Shown: positions 30,053 through 39,815, counted from the first letter of the stretch. The stretch: DNA of 61,811 bases from Lachnospiraceae bacterium (GCA_016281275.1 JAEEIH010000121.1:1-61811); one strand, 5' to 3'. Notes: generated from the letters alone by a model not told the origin. A program made the numbers and translations.

Positions 30053-30149
30053 AACTGTTGCGTAAGAGAAAGAGCCGCCGGCACGGATGACCCGTCGGGG
30101 CGATGAGTCGGAAGCGTAATGTTTCCAAAGAGGAGGGATTTAGGGGAGT

Positions 30150-31364
30150 ATGCAGTTCCTGACAATTCTTATAAATTCAATAAAAGCCAAATTTACCGCT
30201 GCATGGACGAAGATCACGAGATACACGCAGAAACAGTTTGTTCTTGCGAAGATCACGACAGCCATACGTCAGTTCTTTACAAAGACGCTTTCTGTAAAGC
30301 CCAGACACAGCAAGGATTATTATGGCTTTCTCGCGTGGCTCATAAGCCGGAAGCTGGTTTATGCGATACTGCTTACACTTGGGGTACTGAGTCTTTTCTA
30401 TCTGCTTGTGATCAATCCTGTTTTCCAGTCATCGGATGAATCGGACGGACTTCCGATCTACAGCTACGATTCTCTCGCGCTCAGATTTACGAATGATAAG
30501 GTCAAGATCAAGGCGGATTCGGGCTATATCGCGTATGTCGGAGATGTTGAAGAAGGCGCATGCAAGGGTGACGGCGTTCTCTATGACAAGGAAGGTAATC
30601 TTGTTTATGCCGGTCAGTTCTCAAACAATATGTATAACGGAAAAGGAAAAACATATTATAAAAACGGTCAGACGCGTTATGAGGGCGATTTTATCGACAA
30701 CATATATGACGGAGAGGGCACTCTTTTAAGGCAGACCGGAATTCGTGAATATATCGGCGGTTTCTCACGCGGACTTAAGGAGGGGAGCGGAGAACTGTAC
30801 GATCCGACCGGAAAACTTGTTTTTTCGGGCTTGTTCTCGAGAGACAGGCTTGTTTATTCGGATTTCCTCGGAAGAAGCACACAGGAAGCGAGAGAACTGT
30901 ACACCGGAGCAACCGCGATCTACAGAGGCCGGGATGATTTCATCGTTACGATGCCCGATATCAATGCGATGTACGAGGGCAGCCTCAACAGTGATACGGT
31001 GGACGATTCCATTACCGTTAAAAGTGTGTTTGTTCTTGAAAACCGCTTCTATATCGACGGGGAGCCGATCTCCACGATCAGGGGTCTGACCGATGCTTTC
31101 GGTGAGCCTTATTATGAGGGCAACACAAGGGTAAGACTTGCGGAAGCTGTCGGCATCAATTCGCTTAATGAAATGGGTCATGCTTTTTCAGGTAAGGTTG
31201 ACATGACGCTCTCGAATCTGTTTGACGATGCGTACGATGTTGAATCATTTGACAGAGAATACACTTTGTACCTTTACACATTCAGATATGAAGGACTTAT
31301 GTACACCTTCTTCTGCAACGAAAGATACGGCGGATTTGAAATGTACCAGATCACCAAGGAATAA
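30150..31364 (+). CDS. MORN-repeat protein with N-terminal membrane anchor
   Basis: 404 aa. TM YGFLAWLISRKLVYAILLTLGVLSLFYLLVI. Consecutive MORN-like units (YAGQFSNNMYNGKGKTYYKNGQTRYEGDFIDNIYDGEGTLL..., YIGGFSRGLKEGSGELYDPTGKLVFSGLF). Confidence 0.65.
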   Translation: MQFLTILINSIKAKFTAAWTKITRYTQKQFVLAKITTAIRQFFTKTLSVKPRHSKDYYGFLAWLISRKLVYAILLTLGVLSLFYLLVINPVFQSSDESDGLPIYSYDSLALRFTNDKVKIKADSGYIAYVGDVEEGACKGDGVLYDKEGNLVYAGQFSNNMYNGKGKTYYKNGQTRYEGDFIDNIYDGEGTLLRQTGIREYIGGFSRGLKEGSGELYDPTGKLVFSGLFSRDRLVYSDFLGRSTQEARELYTGATAIYRGRDDFIVTMPDINAMYEGSLNSDTVDDSITVKSVFVLENRFYIDGEPISTIRGLTDAFGEPYYEGNTRVRLAEAVGINSLNEMGHAFSGKVDMTLSNLFDDAYDVESFDREYTLYLYTFRYEGLMYTFFCNERYGGFEMYQITKE

Positions 31365-31441
31365 TGTAACCTCGCTCGTATAATCGTTTGTAGGAAATGA
31401 CGGGACAGGTCTTTTGTATGTAATACGGAAAGGAGGAAAGC

Positions 31442-33604
31442 ATGAAACGAAGGCTGTTATATATCGTTACATGTGCCGTTATGGTCGCTGTTTTTTCAGT
31501 GAGCGACGTGATCGGAAACTCCTACCTTACCGTTTCGGCAGATCCCGTGGGGAATGAAGCTCCGGCAGGTTTGGATATTTCGGGATCGATTGCTGCGATC
31601 GGCATGAACGGACTTAAGGGCGGTACGATCGAACCGGTGCGTCCCAAGAAGATCTTTCTTAGCGAAGTAAAGAAGCTTGCGGTTTCAAAATCGAAGGAAT
31701 ACAAGAAAACAAAAGTTTCGATCATAACAAAGAAAGCGAATTATACGGATGCGGTTAAAAGAATCGCGCAGAAAAAGAAGAAGCTCAGCACTTTTTCATG
31801 GATGCCTCTTTTGAACTTTAATTTCCCGACCGACCCGGGATTTACCGAGGAGTTCGAATTCAATTTTAAGCCTGTTTCGATACAGTCGGCGATCACGGAC
31901 TTAAACCATAAGCTTACCGATGATCTTTATTCGATATACGAAAAAGCGACGAACCTTTATGTGAAGGTTTATACACTTCAGGAAAACATTAAATTCAACA
32001 ACAAGCTTCTTGAAGCAAGGAAGAAAACGCTTGAGAGAAATGAAGGAAGACTTTTGCTGGGACTCGCGACACAGAGTGATGTGGATGCGATCAAGGGGGC
32101 GATAACAAAGCTCGAGAACCAGATCGCCACTCAGGAAACGTCGTTCGTGAATGAAAAGGAAAAGCTCAAAGGCATGATTGGCGTGGATGTCAGATCGAAT
32201 TATGTTTTTGAGAATCCTTACCAAAGCGCGATCATTGAACGTGCGGATCTGGAAGCCCTTATACAGCATACTCTTGATAATTCTCAGGATTTTTTTGAGG
32301 CAAAATCCACAACTTCGCTCGCAAGGACGACACTTAATCAGTACTACAAGCAGATGCTCAGCAAGTACGGCAGTCATATGGACATCGTTAAGAAATATGT
32401 ACAGGCTGCCTTAAACGGAGAAGAAGTTGACGGTCTTGCTCTTAAGGTTGATTTTGACGCGCTGTTAAAGAAGATCGATGAAAAGTGGGAAGGAAAGCTG
32501 AAGATACTTTTCATAAAGATCCCGAAGCTTTGGTTCAAGGGTGCTACAGCCGGTTCAAGATATATCGAGGACGAGCCTTACGCTCTTTACAATGCGATAC
32601 TTGATTATCAGTCCGCAAGACTCGATCAGGAAAACCTTGAAAAGGACATAAGGTCCCAGGTGAAGGATGCGTACGAAAATGTGAAAGCGCTTGAGAAAAC
32701 CTACAGAAATGGGGTCAAGGAGCTTGATCAGAAAGCACGGGAGCTGGAAAAGGCGCTTTTAAAGAACCAGATGGGAGAGCTGACTTTTGCGGAATACACG
32801 GAGCTTCAGGAAGATTTTGAGAGTACGCAATTGACGGTAAATGAGGACCTTGATTCATACACGCAAGCGCTTGTTTCACTTGACAGACTTACCTGCGGAG
32901 GAATTACCGCAATCCTTAAAGGCGACGGTTTGGACTCGGAGGATACGGTCGGCGGAGACAGCTATTTGGTTGCTGAAATCGCCGAGGGAGTTAATTACTA
33001 CATCAAGGTCATGCTTGAATCGAATATTTTCGAACTCGGTCTTCATGTACCGGAGGACTTTGAGGTGAGCATTTCGAAATTCGAGTTGTGGGTTGACAAC
33101 ACGAAGATCGGTTCGTCGGATCCCGCCAAACCGATCAAGCATCTCGGTCTTATACTTGACGGAAGTGAGACGGTATTCCTGAGGTTCTATGACGACAACG
33201 GAGAGATGATCTGTGATTATACCATCGATCCTTCGCAGTACAGCGGACCGGTGGATATCATAACCGGATATCTTGTGAAAAAGAGAGAAGACGCTGTAAA
33301 AACTATCGGAACTTACACTCTTCAAACAAATGATGCGAGCGGGACGGTGACATTTACCTTTAAAGCAGACGAATCGGTCGAGGGAGCGGAAAAATTCAAG
33401 CTCCTGACATCAAACGGATCGGTCATCGCGAACACGGACACGCCGAACGGACAGGGAATGACCTATCTTTCGCTTCTGCAAGGTTCCGTGACCGACATTA
33501 CGGTTTCGATAACAGATTCTAACGGGAAAGAGATCATTAAAGGAAAACCCGATCCCGAAACAATGACAGTAAAGACAGAGCCGGAGGGAGGTGACGCGCA
33601 GTGA
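31442..33604 (+). CDS. Secreted/anchored TolC-like (outer-membrane-efflux-protein-like) coiled-coil protein with beta-rich C-terminal domain
   Basis: 720 aa. Signal-peptide-like N-terminus MKRRLLYIVTCAVMVAVFSVS. TolC-style helical repeats (RLLLGLATQSDVDAIKGAITKLENQIATQETSFVNEKEKLKGMIG). GGAAAGGAGG RBS. Confidence 0.5.
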   Translation: MKRRLLYIVTCAVMVAVFSVSDVIGNSYLTVSADPVGNEAPAGLDISGSIAAIGMNGLKGGTIEPVRPKKIFLSEVKKLAVSKSKEYKKTKVSIITKKANYTDAVKRIAQKKKKLSTFSWMPLLNFNFPTDPGFTEEFEFNFKPVSIQSAITDLNHKLTDDLYSIYEKATNLYVKVYTLQENIKFNNKLLEARKKTLERNEGRLLLGLATQSDVDAIKGAITKLENQIATQETSFVNEKEKLKGMIGVDVRSNYVFENPYQSAIIERADLEALIQHTLDNSQDFFEAKSTTSLARTTLNQYYKQMLSKYGSHMDIVKKYVQAALNGEEVDGLALKVDFDALLKKIDEKWEGKLKILFIKIPKLWFKGATAGSRYIEDEPYALYNAILDYQSARLDQENLEKDIRSQVKDAYENVKALEKTYRNGVKELDQKARELEKALLKNQMGELTFAEYTELQEDFESTQLTVNEDLDSYTQALVSLDRLTCGGITAILKGDGLDSEDTVGGDSYLVAEIAEGVNYYIKVMLESNIFELGLHVPEDFEVSISKFELWVDNTKIGSSDPAKPIKHLGLILDGSETVFLRFYDDNGEMICDYTIDPSQYSGPVDIITGYLVKKREDAVKTIGTYTLQTNDASGTVTFTFKADESVEGAEKFKLLTSNGSVIANTDTPNGQGMTYLSLLQGSVTDITVSITDSNGKEIIKGKPDPETMTVKTEPEGGDAQ

Positions 33605-36321
33605 ATAAAAAAAGAAAAATCTCCGTCATTGTGATCTGCGCGGCAATCCTCGCAGTGGTTGCGGTCTCGGTGCCGATGACGCTCTACGCTATATTTAACG
33701 AGGCAGAGCACACTCATGTAAAGGATGCCGATGTGGAACCCGGTACGCTTCTTATAGGAACCCACCTCATCCACATCCAGGCGATGAACGATGAAATCTA
33801 CAAAAAGGCGATGGACACGGCAGCGGACTCCGGAAATGACAAGATATATTACAAGTCCGAGCTTGCGGGCGGTCAGTGGTACGAGATAACATCCGCCACT
33901 TCGGTGGAGGATATCACTACCGGCGGCGTGCCTGTCGAGGCGTCCGTCATAGAAAGCATTTTCCTCCGTTGGCACACAAAGAGCGATAAGATCACATACG
34001 ATCTGATGCTTGGTGTTCCGGTCAGCATTTTTGATACGGACGATCCCTACAATCTTATGAAGAGAGTAGAGCTCCAGCCCATCAGAAACCAGTATGACAA
34101 TTATGTCGAAAAGGGCGATCTTGAGGATCTTGACGCATATAATTACAATTTCATCAAATCCTTCTACGACTATGCGGGACCTGCCGCACACAGCCTCGAA
34201 ACCGATGCGTGCGATGCGTACATAGATGCGCTGCAGAGATTTTATGAAGAACAGGCTTCGAATGAGGCTCCGGCGGGAGAACTCGAATTCATACTGAAAG
34301 CTCAGGCAAGTGTGAACGCTCAGCGAGAGATTTACATCATGAATAATGTCGCTCCTTACGTTGAGATCCTTTCGGACGCATTTAACGGAAAGAGCAGGGT
34401 GGGATTCAGAATCCCCGAGTATTCCATCAGACTTTGCGATCCTTCATTTATTCCGCCCGCAATAGCCTTTGAACCGCCTCCCAAGGAGGAAAGTGAGGAT
34501 GATGAGGACGACGATGATGACGATGATGAAAAATTCAGATATATAACGACGGACATGCTTGTTACCGCGGTAACAAGTTCGACCAATAATATGTCCGATA
34601 CCGTTAATGAGAATTCATCGAAGGTTATCGGAGGAGGAACGACAGTCCTTTCGACAAGACAGAGCGAAAACATGATGAAGCTCACGGATTCCGCTCTCGG
34701 AGGAAGGTACAGAGAAGCGGAAACAGCCGTAAAAACGCTTGTTATCCTTGACAATATTGAGAACTGTCCCGACGGTGTCGATCTTAAGGCCGAGGACGAT
34801 ATGCTCGTAAGCGACCTCGTTCCCACATCGATGAAGAGGTATCAGGAAGGTCTCGGTGCCGGTACATCGGCTCAGTACAAAAAAGAAGCAGAAAATACAA
34901 ATACGACCGTTGCGAGACTTAACAAGCTTCTTAAAAATCAGATCCTCGGACCGAACTCCGAAAGAGGAGAGCTTGAATTCTTTATTGATTCCGCAACAAA
35001 GAGGGAAGACCCTCAGGTAGCCATTGATTACCTTCAGACGCTGATAGACGGAACGGAAGTCCTAAAGACTGTTCCGATAGATGACGAATTTAGGGATATT
35101 GCGCTTCAGAGCATTAAGGAATATAAAGAGTGGCTTGAAAAAAAGAAAAGTGAGATAATTGCTTCAATGGGGGGCTCAGATCTTTCCGACCTGCTTTCGG
35201 AAAAGGAGAAGGCAATCCTTGAGAAGCTTACCTGCCTTGACAACAACGATCTCAACGGATCGAAGAAAGCCGATGCGAAGATTGCCGAGCTCGATGCAAG
35301 GATCGATGCGCTCGGCGGCGATACGAGCAGTGTGAACGATGCCTTAAACGGTGCGCTTGACGGACTCAATTCGGACGATATGAACAGCCTCAAGGAAGGA
35401 ATAGATGCGCTCGAAGCGCTTTCCGGACTTTATCCCAATGCAGTCACCGCAGCACTCGGAGATCTTGCCGAAGCGATCGAGACTAAGATGAACGCCGACA
35501 ACGCCGGTTCGGGAGACGGAAGCGGTTCGGGAGATGGAAGCGGTTCCGGGGACGGAAGTGGCTCCGGAGACGGAAGCGGTTCGGGAGACGGAAGCGGTTC
35601 GGGAGACGGAAGCGGTTCGGGAGACGGAAGCGGTTCGGGAGACGGCAGCGGTTCGGGAGACGGCAGCGGACTCGGAGACGGTAGTGGCTTGGGAGATCTT
35701 TCGGGACTTCTCGATGATGTTCTGGGATTACTTGCGGACACCTCTAATCTCCTTGAGGGCAAAGTTGATGCCGACGCAATGCTCGGACTTCTGGAAGATC
35801 TTCTCGGCGGATCTTTGAGCACCTTGTCCGATAAGGCACAGGCAAGCGCCGTGATAGCCCTTGATATGTTTGCACGGTTTACGAACAACAAATCGATAAA
35901 GGATCTTGTGGAGGAACTTGCCGGAGCGTTCCTCAGGCAGGGAAATATCTGCTTCTACGTGCAGTACAAGGGAGTGGCCGAATATATTCCGCTCTATACA
36001 CTTTCGTTGTGTGCGGGATACAGGTACCTCTTTGATAACAGCATACATAAAGTAGTACTTACAAGAGGCGATAAGGATTACTACGAATTCAATCAGTTCT
36101 CCTCAGAGGTACTAAGACCTGAAGACGTTGTGGATGAAATGGCAACCCAGACCGTTTTCAGAAAGGATCTTTTTGCTGAAGAAACATATTGTAAATCAGC
36201 GCTTGGGTGGGAAGCCGTTTATCTTATCGACAATTATACGGGAATCTGTGCGGACGATGAGATAATGCAGCTTGCGGAAGAATTATACAACAAGATGGTT
36301 GAAGCTTCTCTTCCCGCCTGA
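33601..36321 (+). CDS. Hypothetical 906-aa N-terminally anchored protein with poly-acidic tract and (GSGDGS)n repeat
   Basis: The GTG start overlaps the upstream stop (GTGA, 33601-33604). TM KISVIVICAAILAVVAVSVPMTLYAIF. EESEDDEDDDDDDDEK near aa 297-312. About 60 aa of GSGDGS repeats near aa 636-700. No family recognised. Confidence 0.55.
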   Translation: MNKKRKISVIVICAAILAVVAVSVPMTLYAIFNEAEHTHVKDADVEPGTLLIGTHLIHIQAMNDEIYKKAMDTAADSGNDKIYYKSELAGGQWYEITSATSVEDITTGGVPVEASVIESIFLRWHTKSDKITYDLMLGVPVSIFDTDDPYNLMKRVELQPIRNQYDNYVEKGDLEDLDAYNYNFIKSFYDYAGPAAHSLETDACDAYIDALQRFYEEQASNEAPAGELEFILKAQASVNAQREIYIMNNVAPYVEILSDAFNGKSRVGFRIPEYSIRLCDPSFIPPAIAFEPPPKEESEDDEDDDDDDDEKFRYITTDMLVTAVTSSTNNMSDTVNENSSKVIGGGTTVLSTRQSENMMKLTDSALGGRYREAETAVKTLVILDNIENCPDGVDLKAEDDMLVSDLVPTSMKRYQEGLGAGTSAQYKKEAENTNTTVARLNKLLKNQILGPNSERGELEFFIDSATKREDPQVAIDYLQTLIDGTEVLKTVPIDDEFRDIALQSIKEYKEWLEKKKSEIIASMGGSDLSDLLSEKEKAILEKLTCLDNNDLNGSKKADAKIAELDARIDALGGDTSSVNDALNGALDGLNSDDMNSLKEGIDALEALSGLYPNAVTAALGDLAEAIETKMNADNAGSGDGSGSGDGSGSGDGSGSGDGSGSGDGSGSGDGSGSGDGSGSGDGSGSGDGSGLGDGSGLGDLSGLLDDVLGLLADTSNLLEGKVDADAMLGLLEDLLGGSLSTLSDKAQASAVIALDMFARFTNNKSIKDLVEELAGAFLRQGNICFYVQYKGVAEYIPLYTLSLCAGYRYLFDNSIHKVVLTRGDKDYYEFNQFSSEVLRPEDVVDEMATQTVFRKDLFAEETYCKSALGWEAVYLIDNYTGICADDEIMQLAEELYNKMVEASLPA
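35506..35700 (+). repeat. 18-nt in-frame tandem repeat GGTTCGGGAGACGGAAGC x about 10-11 (encodes GSGDGS)
   Basis: Read directly. The central five to six units are identical and the outer ones are degenerate (GGACTCGGAGACGGTAGT, GGCTTGGGAGATCTT...). Confidence 0.9.
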
Positions 36322-36342
36322 CCGTAACGAAACGGAGTTGTT

Positions 36343-36960
36343 ATGGCAGATTATTCGATAATAGCCGATGTGAGCAATTACCTCTGTAAAATATTCAGAG
36401 AAAAAATGTGCCCGGAACCGATTCCTTCGGCCGGAAACATTCAGGTGTCATCGCCTTCGTCACAGGACGTTGACTACCTTCTCGGCGTGTACCTTTACGA
36501 CATAAAGGATTGCGCCGACGTTACCCGCCCCGACAGGGTAAGAAGGGGCAGGTACCAGCTGGTTAAGCCGCCAAAGCCATATACGCTTGAATATATGGTT
36601 TTTGTAAACGGTGCTACGCAGATGGGTCTCGAAGCACCGGATATACAAAAAATCGTAGGTAGGGTTGCGCAGATAGTAAATGACAATGCTTCGGTCCTTC
36701 CGACTGAACTACAGCCGTGGCTTGATACACCCGAACCCCCGATAGTGTTTTCTCAATCGAAGATTTCACTTGAGGAAAAGGTAAGAGTGTGGTCCGCGAT
36801 CAACAAGCCGTATCAGGTAAGCCTCTTTTATAAGGTGGCACCGGTATTCTTGTCGAGCGAGATCCTCATCAATACACCTGTTGTAGCGGATGCAACCTTC
36901 AACCTGCAAACGCAACAGGAAAGGAGGGAGATGTACCTGAATGGCAATAATCAATCATAG
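36343..36960 (+). CDS. DUF4255 / Pvc16-Afp16-type tail terminator (cap) protein
   Basis: 205 aa. N-terminus MADYSIIADVSNYLCKIFREKM...VSSPSSQDVDYLLGVYLYDIKD fits the Pvc16 N-terminal domain pattern. Starts 22 nt after the upstream gene. Confidence 0.7.
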   Translation: MADYSIIADVSNYLCKIFREKMCPEPIPSAGNIQVSSPSSQDVDYLLGVYLYDIKDCADVTRPDRVRRGRYQLVKPPKPYTLEYMVFVNGATQMGLEAPDIQKIVGRVAQIVNDNASVLPTELQPWLDTPEPPIVFSQSKISLEEKVRVWSAINKPYQVSLFYKVAPVFLSSEILINTPVVADATFNLQTQQERREMYLNGNNQS

Positions 36961-37705
36961 GCTTGATCTCGTGATCCGGCTTATCGATGCGACAACAGGC
37001 AGACCGGTCGATGAAAAAAATGTTTCTTTTGCCAAAGACGGCGTTCCGATACGTATGATCGAAAAAGATGGCGGGATTTATTATTTGATCAATGCGGGGA
37101 GGGAGAACTTCGAGCTTACTTTGAACATCTACGGATATGAAGTAAAGAAGTTAACGATCGACTATGGGGAACTTGAAGAACGGATACCTGAGAAGCTGAT
37201 TTGGCTTCTGCCGAAAAACGCACTCTCTCTGGAGGGGACCCTTAAAGGGATCAAATCACTGTGTGCGGTAAGACTGGTAACTCCGGGCTGTTTTGTCAAC
37301 AGCTACGATGCCAGAAAAAATGTTATAACGCTGTTCAATCCTCATAACCGTGTGATGCAGCATCATCTGTACGGCATTCTCGATTCCGAAAGAAAGTCTT
37401 TTGAAAAGATTTATCTTAAGGAAGAGGATGGACTCAAGACGATCAGTCCCACAGAACCCTTAAGGAGGAATCCGGGGGTCAACGATCCGATCGAGCGGAT
37501 AATTCCGGGGGAAGTTTTCGAAGACGGAAGGTACCTGCTCAGGATGAGGGACGACGCCGACAAAATTGAGGTTCTGGTCAGGTTTGAAGCAGACGACCGG
37601 GAATATTTCCAGAAGGTTGAGCTTCACGGAGCCGGGCAGGATGAACTTGACAGAGAAAAAGCATTCAGGGATGAGGGAAAGGAAACGGAGGTGGAGACAC
37701 AGTAA
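36941..37705 (+). CDS. Hypothetical protein (beta-sandwich, carboxypeptidase-regulatory-like domain guess)
   Basis: 254 aa. Overlaps the DUF4255 gene by 20 nt. LVIRLIDATTGRPVDEKNVSFAKDGVPI...YYLINAGRENFELTLNIYGYEVKKLTI resembles prealbumin-like fold repeats. Weak call. Confidence 0.35.
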   Translation: MAIINHRLDLVIRLIDATTGRPVDEKNVSFAKDGVPIRMIEKDGGIYYLINAGRENFELTLNIYGYEVKKLTIDYGELEERIPEKLIWLLPKNALSLEGTLKGIKSLCAVRLVTPGCFVNSYDARKNVITLFNPHNRVMQHHLYGILDSERKSFEKIYLKEEDGLKTISPTEPLRRNPGVNDPIERIIPGEVFEDGRYLLRMRDDADKIEVLVRFEADDREYFQKVELHGAGQDELDREKAFRDEGKETEVETQ

Positions 37706-37706
37706 T

Positions 37707-38087
37707 ATGTCAACAGTAGTTAATGCGGGAGCATCTTTAATGTGTCCGTACGCAACAGGACCGGCTACTCTTAATGTATCGAGTCAAAGTAATGTTATAT
37801 CGGGAACACCCGTCGCAACAATAAATGATTGCGCACCGGGAGGAAACATATTGTTTCCGATGTGCATCAGCCCGAGTAATCCGGCATATGTAGCGGCTAC
37901 AGCTGCGGCAATGGGCGTATCTACGCCGGTTCCGTGCACACCTGTTTTTCCGGGACCGTGGACCGCGGAAAAAACAACCGTATCTATAGGTGGAAGCTTG
38001 TGTTTGACATCAGGCTGCCAGCTGGTGTGCGGGATGGGAGGAACGATCAGGATAACCTCACCCGGACAGTCAAAATTAAATTGTTGA
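37707..38087 (+). CDS. DUF4280 PAAR-like spike-tip protein
   Basis: The track ORF (37566-38087) is over-extended. ATG 37707 lies 1 nt after the upstream stop. VVNAGASLMCPYATGPATL...VATINDCAPGGNILFPMC...PCTPVFPGPW...CQLVCGMGGTIRITSPGQ matches the DUF4280 Cys/Gly pattern. Confidence 0.75.
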   Translation: MSTVVNAGASLMCPYATGPATLNVSSQSNVISGTPVATINDCAPGGNILFPMCISPSNPAYVAATAAAMGVSTPVPCTPVFPGPWTAEKTTVSIGGSLCLTSGCQLVCGMGGTIRITSPGQSKLNC

Positions 38088-38103
38088 AAGGAGAACATAA
38101 AAA

Positions 38104-39795
38104 ATGGGAGAATATTTATCACCCGGTGTTTATGTGGAGGAGTATGACAGTTCACCGCGATCGATAGAAGGCGTGGGAACCAGTACAGCGGGTTTTGTCG
38201 GACTTGCTGAAAGAGGACCAGTAGAGGGAGCTCCTTCGCTTGTTACTAATTTTGCGGATTTTGCAAAGCAGTTTGGTGGATTCCTTTCCGAATTCGTTTT
38301 CGGAGAATACAGATATCTTGCCAACAGCGTTGAGCAGTTCTTCCTTAACGGCGGAACAAGATGTTATGTTGCCAGGGTAGTACCCGACGATGCGAAGAAA
38401 GCTTCGATAAAGAAGGGTATCCTTTCTCTCACGGCAGCTAACGAAGGAAAGTGGGGAAACAAGATCCAGTTCTCAATCGTTTCTTTTGCAAAGAGAAGAC
38501 TTCAGATCATTGCAAAGAACGGTGAAGTTTATACAGCAAAGAATTCCGACGGCTTTAAGGAAGGCGATGTTGTTGTCTGCGAAGGTGAATACAACAAGAT
38601 CACATCCGTGAGCGACGGAACCGTTACTTTCGCAAAGCCTTTTAAGGCAAATATCGTTGATGCCGACATCATTCCCAAGACATTCCTTTGCCTTGTGGAA
38701 TACGAAGCACAGATCAAGTACAACGATATAGTTGAGAATTACGCAGGATTCAACTTTAATCCCGCATCACCCAACTTCATTGCATCAAAGATGGCAAAGA
38801 GCGATCTTGTACGTGTTGAAGTTGATGCACCCAAGACAGAGAATCCCATCGCTGAGATCTTTGGCAAGGATGAGCCCGGTATTATCCTTCTTGCGGGCGG
38901 ATCGGACGGATCGATCGCAAAGGTTGGTCCCCAGACCTTCATAGGAAAGGATGACGGCCCCACAAAGCGTACGGGTATCAAGTCGTTTGTTGAGAACTCG
39001 ATCGTCAGCATGATGGCGGTTCCCGGCATCACAATGCCCGAGGTTGTTGTTGAACTCGTTGCTCATTGCGAGAGATTAAAGAGCAGATTCGCGGTTCTTG
39101 ATATGCCGAAGGATCTCATTAAGCCGAAGGATCTCATTGAATATCGTAATCTTATCGATTCGACATATGCGGCAATGTATCATCCCTGGATCCAGATGTT
39201 CGATCGTTCGTCAAACAAGGCAGGATTTATTCCCCCTTCGGGCGCGATCATGGGCGTTTATTCCAGAACAGATATCGAGCGCGGTGTTCATAAGGCTCCC
39301 GCAAACGAGACGGTTGCCTGCACAGGTCTTATGGTAAATTACACGCAGTCCGAGCAGGATATCCTTAATCCCGAAGGAATCAACCTCATTCGTATCCTTC
39401 CCGGTCAGGGCATCCGTGTTTGGGGCGCAAGAACCGCAAGCTCCAATTCGGCATTCAAATATGTCAACGTCAGACGTCTCTTCATCTATGTTGAGGAGAG
39501 CATCAAGAACAACACCAACTGGGTTGTATTTGAGCCCAATGATACAACTCTCTGGGGCAGAGTGAGCGTAACCATCTCATCGTTCCTTACGACATTGTGG
39601 AGAAACGGCATGCTTGCCGGAGGTTCACCCTCGGAGGCATTCTTTGTTGATATCGGTCCCAATACGATGACCCGTGATGATATCGACAACGGAAGACTTA
39701 TCTGTAACATTGGTATAGCACCTTCCAAGCCTGCAGAATTTGTAATCTTCAGAGTTACACAGCATACTGCAGAGTCCGGTGGTTCAGAAGAATAA
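38104..39795 (+). CDS. Contractile tail sheath protein
   Basis: 563 aa. Classic sheath N-terminus MGEYLSPGVYVEEYDSSPRSIEGVGTSTAGFVGLAERGP and C-terminal domain (YAAMYHPWIQMFD, GVHKAPANE, INLIRILPGQGIRVWGARTA). Confidence 0.93.
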   Translation: MGEYLSPGVYVEEYDSSPRSIEGVGTSTAGFVGLAERGPVEGAPSLVTNFADFAKQFGGFLSEFVFGEYRYLANSVEQFFLNGGTRCYVARVVPDDAKKASIKKGILSLTAANEGKWGNKIQFSIVSFAKRRLQIIAKNGEVYTAKNSDGFKEGDVVVCEGEYNKITSVSDGTVTFAKPFKANIVDADIIPKTFLCLVEYEAQIKYNDIVENYAGFNFNPASPNFIASKMAKSDLVRVEVDAPKTENPIAEIFGKDEPGIILLAGGSDGSIAKVGPQTFIGKDDGPTKRTGIKSFVENSIVSMMAVPGITMPEVVVELVAHCERLKSRFAVLDMPKDLIKPKDLIEYRNLIDSTYAAMYHPWIQMFDRSSNKAGFIPPSGAIMGVYSRTDIERGVHKAPANETVACTGLMVNYTQSEQDILNPEGINLIRILPGQGIRVWGARTASSNSAFKYVNVRRLFIYVEESIKNNTNWVVFEPNDTTLWGRVSVTISSFLTTLWRNGMLAGGSPSEAFFVDIGPNTMTRDDIDNGRLICNIGIAPSKPAEFVIFRVTQHTAESGGSEE

Positions 39796-39815
39796 TTCGA
39801 GAGGAGGAAAAATAA

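Noticed and set aside
37566-37706. N-terminal extension of the track ORF 37566-38087 (173 aa).
   Set aside because: The extension overlaps the 3' end of the upstream gene in another frame. The DUF4280 homology begins at ATG 37707, which sits 1 nt after the upstream stop with GGAGGTGGA upstream.
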